DNA of 64,000 nt, taken from positions 64,001 to 128,000 of the forward strand of contig CAWBQK010000011.1 in NCBI GenBank assembly GCA_963791045.1, written 5' to 3'. The notes beneath the pieces were generated by a model that made no database searches, was not told where the DNA came from, and saw only the letters and a program-made list of their open reading frames with translations. Positions 30,485-39,965 of the stretch are shown here, piece by piece. Made by a program: the position numbers and the translations under genes. Within the stretch, counting starts at the first letter, position 1; the number at the start of each line of letters is the position of its first letter. The DNA comes from Candidatus Latescibacterota bacterium (GTDB taxonomy: Bacteria; Krumholzibacteriota; Krumholzibacteriia; WVZY01).

Positions 30485-32254
30485 ATGAAACGATTCTCGA
30501 GCCCCGCGGGACTGCACGTGGGAATTCTGGTCTTTATGCTGGTGGCCCTGGCTGGGGTTGTTTGTTCACCGCTTGCCCAGGAGACGGCCGCACCCACCGA
30601 GGGTCAGGACCTCCTCACGGAAGTTCCCACCGACTCGCTTGGGAAGGACGCGGCAAAACTGGTCGAAAGTATCAAGCGGGCCATTGATATCGGTGATGAA
30701 GTTCAACGGAAGCTGGCCACGGCAAATTACGAGGACAGTTTGGTTTTTCGGCTCCGACTGTCGAATTTGACGATCCAGGTCATGGATGACGTTCACAAGC
30801 TGGCCGACGTTTTAATCGCGATGGAGGAGAAGGGGCCCCAGGACGAACTCAGGGCCGAGGTCGTTGAGTTGTACCGATTCGCCACGCCGAGAATCTGGCG
30901 GTACATTGACGTTCTCCGACACGAAATCGATGAGAACCGGGGGAGGAGGCATTCGACAACGGGAGCGGCGCGTCTTGCCGTCGAAGACCGGGTCGAGCTG
31001 CTCACGGATCGCCTCAACCAGGGATTCGAGATCGGACATGTTCACATCGAAAAGATGAACGAGCTCGGGCTGGACACTGCTCGGGCAACCAGTGAATTCA
31101 AAGCCGTTCTGATCGATCGGTCGCACGAGTTATCCGGTCGGATCGATCTTGCGATCGAACGGGTCGATGAACTGACCTCTCGTGTAGAGGATGCGCCGGA
31201 CGATGGAGATCTTCGCATTGAGCTCATTGCGGCGCACACGAGTCTGGACATCAACACCTCAAGCATGACGGTTGTTCTCGGTATCATGGATGCGTTCACA
31301 CTTCCGACGGCGGTTTACCGTGCCCAGTTGGTGTCGGCCACGCGCGATCTCGCGACGGGCCTGCTCGACAAGGATGTCGCGGCCGGGCTGGTGGGCCAGG
31401 CCGTGACGAGGGTCAAGGACTGGCTCGTCGATAGCGGTCCCGGATATCTCGTCAAGTTGCTGCTGGTTTTCGCGATCCTCTTTGTTTTCAGAGTCCTCGC
31501 GAGACTCGTGCGCACCGGCGTCGATCGGGCGATCGATGCGTCCAAGCTGAATGTATCGATGCTGCTCAGGCGAATGATCCTCTCGTCGGTCTCGAACGCC
31601 GTTTTTCTCCTCGGCTTGCTCATAGCTCTCTCGCAGGTCGGTTTCACGCTGGGGCCGCTTCTCGCCGGGCTCGGTGTCGCCGGTTTTATTGTGGGCTTTG
31701 CGCTCCAGGACACGTTGGGTAATTTCGCAGCCGGCATGATGATCCTGATCTATCGCCCGTACGACGTTGGTGATATGGTCGAGGTCGGCGGCGTTTTTGG
31801 AAAGGTCGATCAGATGAGTCTCGTCTCGACCACGATTCTGACGATTGACAACCAGACGATAGTCATTCCCAACAACAAGATCTGGGGCGACGTGATAAAG
31901 AACGTCACCGCCCAGGCCGTCCGCCGCGTCGACATGGTGTTTGGCATCTCGTACCACGATGACATCCAGAAAACCGAAGGGATTCTCGAGGACATTCTCC
32001 AGAAGCATGAAAAGGTTCTCGACGATCCCAAGCCCGTTGTCAAGCTGCACACCCTCGGCGAGTCCTCGGTCGATTTCGTCGTCCGGCCGTGGGTCGCCGT
32101 GGGAGATTATTGGGAAGTGTACTGGGACGTGACGCGGTCGGTGAAGATGCGCTTTGATGAGGAGGGTATATCGATTCCTTTCCCACAAAGGGACGTTCAT
32201 ATATACGAAGAACAGATTGCAAACAGACAGGAGGTCGAGCGGAGCGATGATTAG
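30485..32254 (+). CDS. MscS-family mechanosensitive channel with large periplasmic N-terminal domain
   Basis: LLAGLGVAGFIVGFALQDTLGNFAAG, RPYDVGD, IPNNKIWG, ISIPFPQRD. Confidence 0.93.
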   Translation: MKRFSSPAGLHVGILVFMLVALAGVVCSPLAQETAAPTEGQDLLTEVPTDSLGKDAAKLVESIKRAIDIGDEVQRKLATANYEDSLVFRLRLSNLTIQVMDDVHKLADVLIAMEEKGPQDELRAEVVELYRFATPRIWRYIDVLRHEIDENRGRRHSTTGAARLAVEDRVELLTDRLNQGFEIGHVHIEKMNELGLDTARATSEFKAVLIDRSHELSGRIDLAIERVDELTSRVEDAPDDGDLRIELIAAHTSLDINTSSMTVVLGIMDAFTLPTAVYRAQLVSATRDLATGLLDKDVAAGLVGQAVTRVKDWLVDSGPGYLVKLLLVFAILFVFRVLARLVRTGVDRAIDASKLNVSMLLRRMILSSVSNAVFLLGLLIALSQVGFTLGPLLAGLGVAGFIVGFALQDTLGNFAAGMMILIYRPYDVGDMVEVGGVFGKVDQMSLVSTTILTIDNQTIVIPNNKIWGDVIKNVTAQAVRRVDMVFGISYHDDIQKTEGILEDILQKHEKVLDDPKPVVKLHTLGESSVDFVVRPWVAVGDYWEVYWDVTRSVKMRFDEEGISIPFPQRDVHIYEEQIANRQEVERSDD

Positions 32255-33353
32255 AAATCGAAGAACAGTCCCGATCGGAGTGCTTTTGTTTGTCGTCAGC
32301 CTTGTCGTTTTGTCGGGGTTCGCTCCCACCGCGACCGCCGAGACCTGGCAGCCCCCCGAGCCAAATGCCGAAGAGAGAGACTGGCTCAAGATGAAATCGG
32401 GTGAGTGGTTGTGGGGAGATCTAAAAAGTCTCAGAGATAAGGACCTTGAATTCGACAGCGAAGAATTCGACCTGCAAAAACTGGACTGGGGCGATGTAAC
32501 CGAGTTTCGGTCCGCGCGCATCCTCACTTACCGATTTGAGGATACCGGGGTGTATACCGGGACGGCGGTAGTCAAAGATGGTATCGTCAAAATTCAGACC
32601 GGTACGGGCTTGCAGGAGCTTCCCCGAGAAGACCTCATCATGATTCTCGAGGGAGCGCAGAGAGAGATCGACTTCTGGTCGGCGAAGATGACGCTTGGAT
32701 TTGTCGGGCGGAGCGGCAACTCGGACCAGACGGATTTCAACACAGCGATCAAGATACGGCGCCAGTCACCGAAAGCCCGCTGGGACAACAAGTACGTCGG
32801 GAACTTCGGAGAAGTCAGTGGGGAAGAGAACATCAACAATCACGATTTCTCGTCGGCGTTGGACATGCTCCTCCGGGCGGGATTCTTTGTGACGCCGGGG
32901 GCTCTGAATCTGTTTCATGACAGATTCCAGAATATCGATTTGAGGACGACGATTGCAGCCGGTATGGGTTACTTTATCATGCGCGGCGGCGACATCGACT
33001 GGTCTGTCGGATTGGGCGCCGGGTATGTGAACACAAAATTCGGGTCGGTTCAGGAAGGAGAGTCGGATACCGATGACACTTTCGCGATGATCCCGACGAC
33101 CGGTGTCGAGTGGGATATTACCGGCGACATCGAATTCGACTTCAACTACAGGCTGCAATTGGCCGTTCCCGAGACGAGAAACTCGTTCCATCACGCGGGG
33201 GGAACGTTATCATTCGATATCTGGGGTGACATTCTCGACCTTGATTTATCGCTTACATGGGACCGTGTGGAGAGCCCGAGAGCCGACGCGGACGGAAATG
33301 TGCCGCAGAGGGACGATTTCCGGAGTACGATCGGCATCGGAATAGATCTGTAG
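32247..33353 (+). CDS. DUF481 (YdiY-like) outer-membrane beta-barrel protein
   Basis: Signal peptide; D.L.MKSGE.L.G N-domain; RSGNS.Q.D; DRFQNI; amphipathic strands. Confidence 0.8.
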   Translation: MIRNRRTVPIGVLLFVVSLVVLSGFAPTATAETWQPPEPNAEERDWLKMKSGEWLWGDLKSLRDKDLEFDSEEFDLQKLDWGDVTEFRSARILTYRFEDTGVYTGTAVVKDGIVKIQTGTGLQELPREDLIMILEGAQREIDFWSAKMTLGFVGRSGNSDQTDFNTAIKIRRQSPKARWDNKYVGNFGEVSGEENINNHDFSSALDMLLRAGFFVTPGALNLFHDRFQNIDLRTTIAAGMGYFIMRGGDIDWSVGLGAGYVNTKFGSVQEGESDTDDTFAMIPTTGVEWDITGDIEFDFNYRLQLAVPETRNSFHHAGGTLSFDIWGDILDLDLSLTWDRVESPRADADGNVPQRDDFRSTIGIGIDL

Positions 33354-33381
33354 CCTTCCTCTACAAAAGGAGCGAATCGCC

Positions 33382-34494
33382 GTGGAAAATTCAAAGGGGT
33401 CTCCCGGAAACCAGGACTACCTGGCGAAATCCCTCAACATCGCGGTCCACCTGTCGATAGTCGCAATCATCCTCTTCAGCAGTTTGAAGATTATCAGTCC
33501 GTTCTTGATGCCGGTCTTGTGGGGGGTATTGATTGCCGTCGCGCTTCACCCGCTTTTTGAAAAGATGAAGTCGGGGCTCGGCGGCAAGAGCAAACTGGCC
33601 GGTGCGATATTCATAGTGGTGGGCTTGCTGTTGTTGATCGCGCCCACGGTGTGGCTCGCCGATTCGCTTGTCGGCGGCGCGCGTGAGATCGGTGGACAAT
33701 TAGAACAGGGCACCTTAAAGGTTCCGCCACCGGACGCCTCGGTCAAGGAATGGCCTGTAATCGGGGAGTCGGTTTACCAAACCTGGACCGATGCTTCGGT
33801 GAATCTTGAAGGTACAGCGACAAAGCTCGCCCCTCAACTCAAAGCACTCGGCACGCGATTAGCGGGATTTGTTGCCGGCATAGGAGCGGCGTTCATTCAA
33901 AGCTTGTTTGCGATCGTAATCGCCGGAATATTACTCATCAATTCTACGGGGGCGGGAAGAACGGCGCGGGCGATTGGCCGCACTCTGGCGGGGGAGACGG
34001 GCGTCGGGCTGGTGAACATATCAACCGCGACCATTCGCAGCGTGGTGAAGGGAGTGCTTCTTGTCTCTGTGATTCAATCGCTTCTTGCCGCGGTCGGGCT
34101 TGTAATTGCCGGTGTGCCGGCCGCCGGCCTATGGTCCCTTCTGGTTTTGATTGTGGCAATCATGCAGCTGCCGCCGGTCTTGATTCTCGGTCCGATTGCC
34201 GTCTGGGTGTTTTCTTCGAATGACAGCACGGTTATCGCGGTTTTCTTTTTGATCTACAGTTTGGTTGTCAGCGGGGCCGACGGTCCTCTCAAAGCGGTAC
34301 TTCTCGGACGCGGGGTTCAGATCCCAATGGTAGTCATCCTCATCGGCGCGATCGGGGGAATGCTCGGCGCGGGGATCATAGGATTGTTCGTCGGCGCGGT
34401 GATCCTTTCGATTGGCTATCAGCTCGTCACGGAGTGGATCGATTATGCTTCCGAGAAGACTGAAGAAGACTCTCCGGATACAACGAGCGCTTAA
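33382..34494 (+). CDS. AI-2E family transporter (YdiK-like)
   Basis: PF..PVLWG..IAVAL.P, LK.VLLGRG...PM.VILIGAIGG....GIIGLFVG. Confidence 0.9.
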   Translation: MENSKGSPGNQDYLAKSLNIAVHLSIVAIILFSSLKIISPFLMPVLWGVLIAVALHPLFEKMKSGLGGKSKLAGAIFIVVGLLLLIAPTVWLADSLVGGAREIGGQLEQGTLKVPPPDASVKEWPVIGESVYQTWTDASVNLEGTATKLAPQLKALGTRLAGFVAGIGAAFIQSLFAIVIAGILLINSTGAGRTARAIGRTLAGETGVGLVNISTATIRSVVKGVLLVSVIQSLLAAVGLVIAGVPAAGLWSLLVLIVAIMQLPPVLILGPIAVWVFSSNDSTVIAVFFLIYSLVVSGADGPLKAVLLGRGVQIPMVVILIGAIGGMLGAGIIGLFVGAVILSIGYQLVTEWIDYASEKTEEDSPDTTSA

Positions 34495-34519
34495 TTCAAC
34501 TATGTATCAGGAGTGAGAC

Positions 34520-35665
34520 ATGTCAGACGACAGGAATGCGCAAGAACAGCCGTCGCCCGCGTCCGATTCCGTCAGCGCCGGCGACACGGCCACACCTAAA
34601 AAGGACCCGATCCGACGGATCACCGGGATCGTTCTCGGCGTGTGTCTCGTTATATTGACCTGGTACATAACGGCGGATCGACTTGCCCCGTACACCGATC
34701 AGGCGAAGATCGTCGGGCTCGTCGTCCCGGTGGTGCCCAGGGTTTCCGGGTATTTGACCGATGTCAATGTTCGGCTTCACAGCGTGGTCGACGAGAACGA
34801 CGTCCTTTTTCAGATCGACAAACGACCGTTCGAACTGGCCGTGAAAAACGCCGAGGCGAACTTCGACCGCGCCGCGCAGCAGGTGGGCGCCCGTACGGCG
34901 ACCGTAAAATCCGCCATGGCAAGCGTTGGGGTCGCACGGGCTCAACTCGACCGCGCCCAGCGTAACTTCGATCGAACGCAGCAGGTTCTCGAAAACAATC
35001 CCGGGGCATTGTCGCAGGCGGATCGCGACCGTTCCGAAACTGGGCTGGCACAGGCGGTGGAACGGGTGGCGTCGGCGGAAGCCAATCTCGAAAAGGCACA
35101 GGAACAGTTGGGTGCGGTTGGCCCGGACAACCCCGATCTTCGGGCCGCGATGGTGGCGCTCGAGCAGGCTCAGCTCGATCTTGCTTTCACTACGCTGTAC
35201 GCGCCGTCCCGCGGAGTGATTGAGAGTTTTAACGTCGATGTGGGCCACTACGCCGCGGCGGGACAGCCGCTTGCCACATTCATCACGATCCACGATGTGT
35301 GGATCCAGGCGGACATGCGCGAGAACAACATCGCGAACATAAAACCCGGTGCGCGCGCGGAGTTTGTTCTCGACGTCGCGCCCGGACGTGTCTTCAGCGG
35401 AACCGTTAGAAGCGTGGGGTTTGGCGTTGGATCACAGGGAGGAACGTCACGCGGTGAGCTCCAGACCGTTTCGAGTTCGCAGGGGTGGCTTCGGGACCCG
35501 CAGAGATTCCCCGTGATCATAGAGATCGAACCGGGCGAAGCCGCGGGTCTGCTGCGCGTGGGAGGACAGGCCGACGTTATTGTCTATACGGGAAACCATC
35601 ATATTTTGAACGCCATCGGTTGGGTGAATCTCCGGATAAGGGGGCTCCTGTCATATGTCCGTTAG
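34520..35665 (+). CDS. HlyD family membrane fusion protein
   Basis: PYT.QA, V.PRVSG, LFQID..PF, coiled coil, L.APS.G, QRFPV. Confidence 0.92.
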   Translation: MSDDRNAQEQPSPASDSVSAGDTATPKKDPIRRITGIVLGVCLVILTWYITADRLAPYTDQAKIVGLVVPVVPRVSGYLTDVNVRLHSVVDENDVLFQIDKRPFELAVKNAEANFDRAAQQVGARTATVKSAMASVGVARAQLDRAQRNFDRTQQVLENNPGALSQADRDRSETGLAQAVERVASAEANLEKAQEQLGAVGPDNPDLRAAMVALEQAQLDLAFTTLYAPSRGVIESFNVDVGHYAAAGQPLATFITIHDVWIQADMRENNIANIKPGARAEFVLDVAPGRVFSGTVRSVGFGVGSQGGTSRGELQTVSSSQGWLRDPQRFPVIIEIEPGEAAGLLRVGGQADVIVYTGNHHILNAIGWVNLRIRGLLSYVR

Positions 35666-36731
35666 GACTGCCGCATGCGAAAGTTGGCTGGGAACCGGAG
35701 AAGCCTACTTGCGAAATCTCCGAATTCTTCGGTACGCGGCGGGCTCAGCTCTGGCAATGGTGGTGGCGATGGGATTTGGTTGGTCGTTGTCGTACCTGAC
35801 ACCCGTTCTTGCGCTCAGTTTTTTTGCGTTACCCAAGCCGCGACCGTCACTAAAAGATGGGGTCACGTTTGTTTCAGTGATCGCCGTTGCGTGCATCGCC
35901 GGGCTGTTTGTCGGCCAACAATTGATTCCGTATCCGTTTGTGTTTATCCCAATCATGGGTCTTCTCCTTTTTCGTCTTTTCTACGCAAAGTCAGGCGGTG
36001 CGCCGCCGCTTCTCGTTACATGGCTTATGATCGCCTTTCTGGTAATCCCGCTTATCACGCTGCAGTCACCGGCCGTTGCCAAATGGCTCGCCGCCGGGAT
36101 ACTCATCGGCGCCGCGGCGACAATACTCGTCGTCTGGCTCGCCTTCGGTCTTCTGCCCGATCCCGCCGGTGCTCACGCGGCGCCGTCTTCTCAGCCAAAA
36201 AGCGACGCCCCGGCGGCTCCATCGACCGGACAGCGCCTCCGTGATGCGGCTCTCAGCACGGTTGTTGTTCTCCCGGTCGTAGTGCTGTTTTATAGCCTCG
36301 AGTTTTTGAATTCAATCCTGATCATGATTTTTGTCGCGCTTCTCTCGATGCAACCCGGCTTCGCCAAAAACTTCAAGGCGGGCGCCGCGTTGATCGTTGG
36401 CAATGTCATCGGCGGGGCCGCGGCGATTCTTTTCTACAATCTGCTAGTGCTCGTTCCCGAACTCTATTTTCTTGTCATACTGACGTTGCTCGCCGGGTTG
36501 TTTTTTGGCACGCGTGTGTTTTCGGGTAAACCCACCGCGCCGTTGTATGGAATGGCCTTTTCGACGGTCCTCCTTGTTATCGGATCGGTGACGAGTGGAG
36601 AGGGCGATGCGGGCACCAAGGTGTATTCGCGGGTTCTCCAGATCATGATTGCCGTGGGGTATGTTGTGGTGGCCTTCGGGTTGGTGGAGCGCATATTCAA
36701 GCCCAAGGGGGGTGCGGCATCAAGCGGTTGA
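35655..36731 (+). CDS. DUF2955 / FUSC-like inner-membrane efflux component
   Basis: LR...G..LA......W.LSYLTPVL; multi-TM; lies between HlyD and OMF genes. Confidence 0.75.
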   Translation: MSVRTAACESWLGTGEAYLRNLRILRYAAGSALAMVVAMGFGWSLSYLTPVLALSFFALPKPRPSLKDGVTFVSVIAVACIAGLFVGQQLIPYPFVFIPIMGLLLFRLFYAKSGGAPPLLVTWLMIAFLVIPLITLQSPAVAKWLAAGILIGAAATILVVWLAFGLLPDPAGAHAAPSSQPKSDAPAAPSTGQRLRDAALSTVVVLPVVVLFYSLEFLNSILIMIFVALLSMQPGFAKNFKAGAALIVGNVIGGAAAILFYNLLVLVPELYFLVILTLLAGLFFGTRVFSGKPTAPLYGMAFSTVLLVIGSVTSGEGDAGTKVYSRVLQIMIAVGYVVVAFGLVERIFKPKGGAASSG

Positions 36732-38116
36732 TATTAATATTGGCGTTGCTAACCGCGGCGGGTTGCACGATGGGCCCCGACTACGAACGCCCGCCAATTG
36801 ACGAGCCCGTGGCATACCGCGACTCAATACCCCCGGGAGAGACGATCGCCTCGCTGCCCTGGTGGGAACTCTTCGGGGATCCGGTGCTGTTGGACCTCAT
36901 AGAGAAAACGCTTGCCAACAACCGCAACCTCCGTGCGTCGATGGCGCGGATCGATGAGGCGAGGGCGATCCTCGGAATCGTCCGATCCGACCTTTTTCCC
37001 CGTCTCGATTATTACGCCGACGGATCATATGACGGCTCATCGGCCGGTGACGGGAGCACATCGTCGAGCGCCCTTGCTTCGCTGAACGCGAGCTACCAGG
37101 TGGATCTTTGGGGCCGGATACGACGGGCCAATGAAGCGGCGGCCCAGGAGCTTCTCGCAACCGAAGAAGCGTATCGCGGCGTGACAATCACACTCGTCGC
37201 CGAAGTTGCCAACGCCTATCTTCTGATCCTCGATCTGGACAATCGGCTTTTGATTTCCGAACAGACTGTCGACACCAGGCAGCAAAGCCTGGATGTGGTC
37301 CGGTCGCGGTTCGATGCGGGGATGGTTTCGGAGGTTGACGTCAATCAGGCCGAAATCCAACTCGCAGAGGCGGAAGTGTCGGTGCAGACGTTCGAACGGC
37401 TCCGCGCGCAGACGGAAAATGCGCTCAGTATTGTGATGGGTGTGCCGCCGATGTCGATCGAACGCGGGTTGCCCCTGACGGAACAAGTATTGCCGCCCGT
37501 GATTCCCGCCGGTCTTCCGTCGGATCTCTTGATTCGTCGTCCGGATATAATTGAAGCGGAACGAAAACTTCACGCGCAAACAGCGAGGATTGGCGTGGCG
37601 GAGGCGCTCAAATTTCCGCAGTTCAATTTGACCGGTGACCTGGGAGCGCTTTTTGATGATGAGACGAGCGGTTTCTTTGGTCTTGGCGCGGAGTTTTTTG
37701 GGCCGTTGTTCAATGCGGGGGCAAATCAGCGCCAGGTCGATGTAGAGGTCGCGCGGACAAAACAATTGTTGAATCGGTACGAGCAAACCATTCTCGACGC
37801 CTACCGCGAAGTTGAAGACGCGCTGGTTTCAGTCCGCACCTATGGCGTTGAGTACGAGGCTCGCAAGCGTCAATTGGTGGCCGCCGAGAATGCGGCTGAT
37901 TTGTCATGGGTGCGTTACGAGGGCGGTATGACAAGTTATCTCGAAGTGCTTGATTTGCAGAGGTCGTTATTCAGCTCACAGCTCAAGGCGTCTGAAACCC
38001 GACAACTGCATCTGACCTCGGTAGTGCGACTCTATCAAGCGCTGGGTGGAGGTTGGGTGGCCGAGCAGGATACAACGACGACGCCCGGCAAAAAGGCACC
38101 GGATACCGATGAGTGA
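36719..38116 (+). CDS. NodT/OprM family efflux outer-membrane lipoprotein (start codon uncertain)
   Basis: AGC.MGPDY.RP, WW..F.DP.L, RRPDI..AE, SYLEVL, LY.ALGGGW. ATC at 36719 sits where ATG is expected; alternative TTG at 36728. Confidence 0.92.
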   Translation: MKRLILILALLTAAGCTMGPDYERPPIDEPVAYRDSIPPGETIASLPWWELFGDPVLLDLIEKTLANNRNLRASMARIDEARAILGIVRSDLFPRLDYYADGSYDGSSAGDGSTSSSALASLNASYQVDLWGRIRRANEAAAQELLATEEAYRGVTITLVAEVANAYLLILDLDNRLLISEQTVDTRQQSLDVVRSRFDAGMVSEVDVNQAEIQLAEAEVSVQTFERLRAQTENALSIVMGVPPMSIERGLPLTEQVLPPVIPAGLPSDLLIRRPDIIEAERKLHAQTARIGVAEALKFPQFNLTGDLGALFDDETSGFFGLGAEFFGPLFNAGANQRQVDVEVARTKQLLNRYEQTILDAYREVEDALVSVRTYGVEYEARKRQLVAAENAADLSWVRYEGGMTSYLEVLDLQRSLFSSQLKASETRQLHLTSVVRLYQALGGGWVAEQDTTTTPGKKAPDTDE

Positions 38117-39950
38117 CATGGACCCAAAAAAAGGCGACAGGATGAAATTGCAACGAGTTCTTTGTTGGTTATCTGAACGACGGGGCGTCGCGGGACTACT
38201 CGTCGTGTTGTTGCCGCTTCTCGTCGTGATGGCGGTCGGCGCGCCATCGGCCAAGGAGGGAGCGGCCGACTCCGCAGAGAGTCAAGTTCAAGTGGCTCCC
38301 GTCGACACCATCCCACCCGACCTCGTGCGTGCACGCGAAATCCTCGGACAAATGGAAGCGACTCTCGACAGTATTCAGACACTCGAAGAACGGATGACGG
38401 GAAAAACCGAATCGCAAAAGGCGATCATACGAGTTCAGGGACGGCAGCAGTTCATAATTTTGAATGACTTGCAGCCCGATCTATTGAAGCTCATACCAAA
38501 ACTCAACGAGGCCGGGGTGCCCATCGACGACTTAATGAGCGGTTTTCAAGTGGTCGTGACGACATCAATGGACTACTACATACTAGCCCTCGATTCGTGG
38601 AACAAAGAAATTGACAGGTTGAGAAAACAGCGCGCGACGGTTTCCGCCGAAGACGTCGACGAGCTAGAAACGGAGATTGGCGAGGCAAGAGTCAAGCTCG
38701 ACAATATTTATGAGCTTCAGATGCACACGCTGACCGCCGGTGACTCTCTGAGGCTGGAGACGGGTGAGGAATGGGAGAACCTGGAGAGAGCCTTGAAGGA
38801 ACGCGCGGAGACGCTTGTCGGGCGGCTTCAAATCGCGGTAAAGGCCCGGGATAAGCTTGAGGAAAAAATCAAAGACGAGCAACGCGCGGGCGCCACTGAA
38901 GCGGAGATCGGCCCTGATCGGATTCGATTACAGCTTGCGAAGCGGCGGGTTGCGGGTATTGCCAAGAGCCTCGAGACCACGACGGACTTGCTCGGACAGA
39001 GGGGTTTTGAGACGACGCAGTACCGTCAGTTCGCGATCCAGACCACGGGAGAGATCACCAAGCGTATTCTCGATCCAAAAGTGTTTATAGGGCTGGTGAC
39101 GGACGGGGTGGGCAATCTCTGGGGATGGTTCAAGGATGCCGGGCCGATTTTATTCGTTAAACTCCTCATCTTAATTATATTCGTCATTGTTTTTCGTCTG
39201 GCGTTCATGCTGGCCTGGTGGATTCTTCGTTTCGTACGCGTGATTCGAGTGTCGCGTCTCATGGCCGACATAGTAGGCAGAATGTTGAATCCGGTGGCGA
39301 CCACTCTTGGTATTCTCACGGGGCTGTGGTTTGTCGGAGTCAACCCGACAACACTTCTCGCCGGCGTTGGCGTGCTGGGCGTTGTCGTTGGTTTGGCCCT
39401 TCAGGATTCTCTGGCCAACCTCGCTGCCGGCTTCTTTATTTTGGTCACACAGCCGTTCGACGTAGACGATACGGTGGTCGGTGGCGGCGTTTTGGGGACC
39501 GTGAAAACGATGGGGCTTGCCAACACGACCATCGTTACATTTGACGGCCGTCGGGTGATGGTTCCCAACCGCAAGGTTTGGGGGGAAAACATTGAAAACC
39601 GCTCGGCGGAATTTATCCGGCGGGCCGAAATTACGGTCAAAATAAGCTATGACGAGGATATCGACAAGGCGCTGGAGATCATACGTGATCTGATGGCATC
39701 GGAGGAACGCGTGCTCGAATCCCCCGAGCCGCTAATATTTGTATCCAATCTGGCCGACTCCTGGGTGGAAATCGCGGTGCGTCCGTGGACGGCGAATAAG
39801 GACTGGTGGCCGCTTCTTACCGATCTGCCTCGCCTGGTTCGCAACCGTTTTGCGGAGCGTGGTATTGAGATACCGGTTCCAAGAAGAGATGTTTCGATCG
39901 GACAGGACGGCAAAAACGCCCATGATGACGCGGGCAAGACGACAAAATAG
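38109..39950 (+). CDS. Second MscS-family channel with periplasmic coiled-coil domain
   Basis: LLAGVGVLGVVVGLALQDSLANLAAG, PFDV.D, VPNRKVWG, IEIP.PRRD; alternative start 38142. Confidence 0.9.
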   Translation: MSDMDPKKGDRMKLQRVLCWLSERRGVAGLLVVLLPLLVVMAVGAPSAKEGAADSAESQVQVAPVDTIPPDLVRAREILGQMEATLDSIQTLEERMTGKTESQKAIIRVQGRQQFIILNDLQPDLLKLIPKLNEAGVPIDDLMSGFQVVVTTSMDYYILALDSWNKEIDRLRKQRATVSAEDVDELETEIGEARVKLDNIYELQMHTLTAGDSLRLETGEEWENLERALKERAETLVGRLQIAVKARDKLEEKIKDEQRAGATEAEIGPDRIRLQLAKRRVAGIAKSLETTTDLLGQRGFETTQYRQFAIQTTGEITKRILDPKVFIGLVTDGVGNLWGWFKDAGPILFVKLLILIIFVIVFRLAFMLAWWILRFVRVIRVSRLMADIVGRMLNPVATTLGILTGLWFVGVNPTTLLAGVGVLGVVVGLALQDSLANLAAGFFILVTQPFDVDDTVVGGGVLGTVKTMGLANTTIVTFDGRRVMVPNRKVWGENIENRSAEFIRRAEITVKISYDEDIDKALEIIRDLMASEERVLESPEPLIFVSNLADSWVEIAVRPWTANKDWWPLLTDLPRLVRNRFAERGIEIPVPRRDVSIGQDGKNAHDDAGKTTK

Positions 39951-39965
39951 CTGAAGGAGTTTCGT

